The notes beneath the pieces were generated by a model. It ran no database searches. It worked only from the letters and a program-made list of their open reading frames with translations, and was not told the DNA's origin. From Yuukianura sp. NJ FZ-2021 (taxonomy: Eukaryota): 64,000 nt of DNA. This document shows positions 60,931 to 64,000 of this stretch, one piece after another. Location of the stretch: NCBI GenBank assembly GCA_046563655.1, contig CM102284.1, forward strand, positions 1,674,001 to 1,738,000. Direction: 5' to 3'. The position numbers were made by a program, and so were the translations under genes. Positions within the stretch are counted from its first letter, which is position 1; each line of letters opens with the position of its first letter.

Positions 60931-61749
60931 TGTTAAATAAGGAGGTTGTAATCCCCAGAGTTTGCCTACATTTAATCGTGAAAGCCACATTTGAAACCTC
61001 TGTCAATTACAACTTTAATAAATGTGAAATACAATCTTAAGTGTGTCTGGGTATGTAATGCAGTACATAAATATACTTGCCATTTTAACACGTAATTTAC
61101 GTATTTCGTACCGGTATTTTTGTATGTTTTCACTGTGCACTACCTTGGTACACTTGGCCCGCCAAATTGGCACATGCGTCTTTCTCTATTTTCCGTAGAA
61201 AAAACAAATCACTCACGAACCAGAGTTTTCCTTCCTTTTCTCTGTATTAGTGTCCACAAAACACGAAATAGAGTTGCGGTACGGCATAATTTACATAGTT
61301 GTAACCGAGCAATTGTAGAAGCCACTCTGGCTAACCATTATAAAAGTAAATTATAGAATTATAACATTATAGTGACTACAATGCCACTTTGGCTTATCTT
61401 GGGTTAGAATTAAGTGGCTATTGCATAAGGTTCTATTCAGGCGTAGCTGCTATTGTAGGCGAACAGGATGGAAAGAGTGGGTAGGGTTGGCGGTTACAAT
61501 GCTAATCGTAAATCCTTACCTCCATTTGAAATAATAAACAAACTTCGTAAATCAGCCGTGAATCTGGACGAGATGAGTTAACGTAAAAATTTTGTCTGTT
61601 TGTCATGTTACAGAAATAATCCATTCAAACGACACGTTTTCTCCAGTATTTCGGGGCACTGTAATCTGGAATGGTACAGATTCATGTTCAAGTAAAGTAG
61701 GATATCGTTTTATTACGTTGAATTGTGACGTAAATTAAAAAGCCAGAAA

Positions 61750-64000
61750 ATGGAGGTCTACGGTGTAAATAGTTCAGCAGCAATCCTGACCAAGGAGGAT
61801 CTAGCGAAAGGAAACTGCTGCAGGTTGTGTGGAGTCAAGTCCCGTGACCCCTTTGAAATTTCGATTTCCTTCATTCCACTTTTTGAAGATTGTGATAAGG
61901 CTGCAAAGTATGGAATGCCACTTTTTAAGTTGGTCAACTCATGGCTACCGTTGACAGTAATTTACTTTCAACTATTTATGAAAACGTTGTGCTCGACGTA
62001 ATGAGTATCTAATATTCAGTTTGATTTATAAAGCTATCACCGGAGGATTCCTATTACCCCAGAAGTATTTGTGCCACTTGTTTCTACAGGATGGAAGACA
62101 CCATTTCCTTCTTCCAGCAGATCTTGATTGGGCAGCGGCAGTTAGTGGATGCTATTAACAAGAAGTCAGTGTTCAAAGAACAACCATCGTTGAAGTATGA
62201 CACACAGAACGAAATGACGAAATTAGCCAGGCCTAGGGGACGTCCACGGAAAGACAAGTCGTTGATTGATAACAAGCCGAAAGTGAGCCCCGTGGAAGTG
62301 AATCTAAGCCTTGACATGAACTCCTTATCCGTTGCAGCTAGAAAACAGAAAAGGTGTCCTAAGCCCCCTCAACGTTTTGGAGAATTGTACGTAAATCAAT
62401 TTTCAAAGAATGCAAAAGAAGATACAGAAGACTTAGAAGAGAATGGTAACACTGACGCCCCTGCTAAACCAGAAGACACCCCCGTGAGAACTGGAACCAA
62501 ACCGGTAAGTTGCTGTAAAGCATAAATCAGAAAAGTTTTCAGTGAAAAATTTTTCTGGGATCAGGATGTGAAGCGGTGTGTTTTTGGTAAAATCTTTTTA
62601 CCGTTTAATTTTTTTGAATTCCAGGAAACAGTTTCTTTTGCCGCACGCGAGTTTACGACCGTAAGACGATTGGATTTCCAGTTGGATCTAAACAAACTGG
62701 ACGTCCTCATGGATGGGGATGAGGAGACCGTGGCAGAAACAGTTGAAGTTGAAGTCGTGCAAGCACCAGTTTCTGTCGAAACCGAATTACAGTCAGAACC
62801 ACAACCAGTACAAAACCCACCAGAATCGACCCCTCCCGAAACCGCTCTCGTTTCTCAAGAGGACACGGATGGATTGGACTTTGAGGAAGAAGTTAAAAAG
62901 CGAAGACGACGGAAACGCCACCGTCGGAGAAGAGTTAATCTTAACGTTACTAAGCGTCATCCTTGTTCCTATGACCTTTGCTCCAAGGCCTTCACAACGA
63001 TCTCTGCTCGTCGATATCATATCGAACGCGAGCACGAACCCAAAATACGCCACTTCTGTCCTACATGCCAAAAGGGATTCACACACACCAGATTACTGAA
63101 GTACCACATTCAAACCCACGCACCTCAACCAACATTTTGCTGCAAACAGTGTCCAAAAGTTTTTAAATCTGCGTAAGTCTTTTTGTTTAAAACTATTTTT
63201 TGGTTCATGGTATGGTCTCCGACATTCTCAAAAGTTTTGAATTGTTCACTTCCTGCACTGCGTTTTTGATGTCTCTAAAGTTGAATAACCTTGGCGTTTT
63301 TTTTTAAAACCAGATCGAGCCTGTTTACGCATAGGAAAACATGTCACGCTGCAGTTGTAGAACGAATCCATTGCGAAGTTGAGAATTGTACGGAATCGTT
63401 CACGTTGAAATCTTCATTGAAAGCTCACATGCGCATTCACGAAGGTATTCGACCACACGTTTGTGCCGTTTGCGAAAAAGCGTTCACTCAGATGAGCAAT
63501 TTGAAAGCCCATGAGCGGATTCACAACGGACTTCGCCCGTTCCAGTGTTCAATGCCGGCTTGTTCGAAGTCGTTCAAAACGAGAACACAACTCAAAATCC
63601 ATGAAGGGTAATAAAAATAATAATACTAATAAATAATATAATAAAAATATATAATATAAGATATAATGTATAACAAATATAACACTATAAATCATGAGAT
63701 TTGATTAGGAACTTTGAGGTTACTGATCAACTATTTTTTTTTCTATAGATCTCATACAGAATCGAAGCCTCACCTTTGTCCAACTTGCGGGAAGGGATTC
63801 CGGACACAAAGCAGTTTCAGATCTCATATGTCTAGTCACATGGAGGTCAAAGCACATGGTTGTACTATCTGCGAGAAGAGGTCAGAAGTTATCGAATAGT
63901 GGATTGAGTATTTTTAGTATTCGGCAGTTTATGACAAGTTATGTTTGATTTCAGATTTTCGACTCCTCGGGCACTACGACTGCACACAGCGATTCACGGC
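61750..64000 (+). CDS. ZAD (zf-AD) + AT-hook + C2H2 zinc-finger transcription factor (3' end beyond the window)
   Basis: CCRLCG...YPRSICATCFYRMEDTISF (ZAD), RPRGRPRK (AT-hook) and at least seven C2H2 fingers (e.g. CAVCEKAFTQMSNLKAHERIHNGLRPF) spread over several exons. Confidence 0.93.

Overview
AT-rich, intron-containing animal genomic DNA. Short GT-AG introns, a ZAD zinc-finger gene, two-exon gustatory-receptor-like genes and an F-box/LRR gene suggest an arthropod, possibly a springtail (inference). About 25 genes or pseudogenes can be read, most of them split into exons that the ORF track shows only as fragments. They include an SRA1-like gene, a secreted coiled-coil/beta-repeat protein and its pseudogene, a 14-domain Kazal inhibitor, a multi-knottin-like Cys-rich protein, and a HELZ-like protein that lacks its helicase domain. 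Also present are three lipocalin-like genes, sideroflexin with a duplicated exon pair, a GR-like receptor, two tandem AGPATs, five LITAF-domain paralogues with an extended hydrophobic insert, an orphan 412-aa gene, an aldo-keto reductase, an F-box/LRR gene and a ZAD-C2H2 gene. Non-coding DNA holds many non-autonomous DNA transposons: Tc1/mariner-type MITEs, foldback palindromes, two MULE-like elements with shared asymmetric ends, and a hAT-like element carrying about 15.7 copies of a 177-bp satellite. I recognised no rRNA, tRNA or CRISPR array. Exon boundaries were read by eye and may be off by a few bases; family assignments come from remembered motifs, not database searches.
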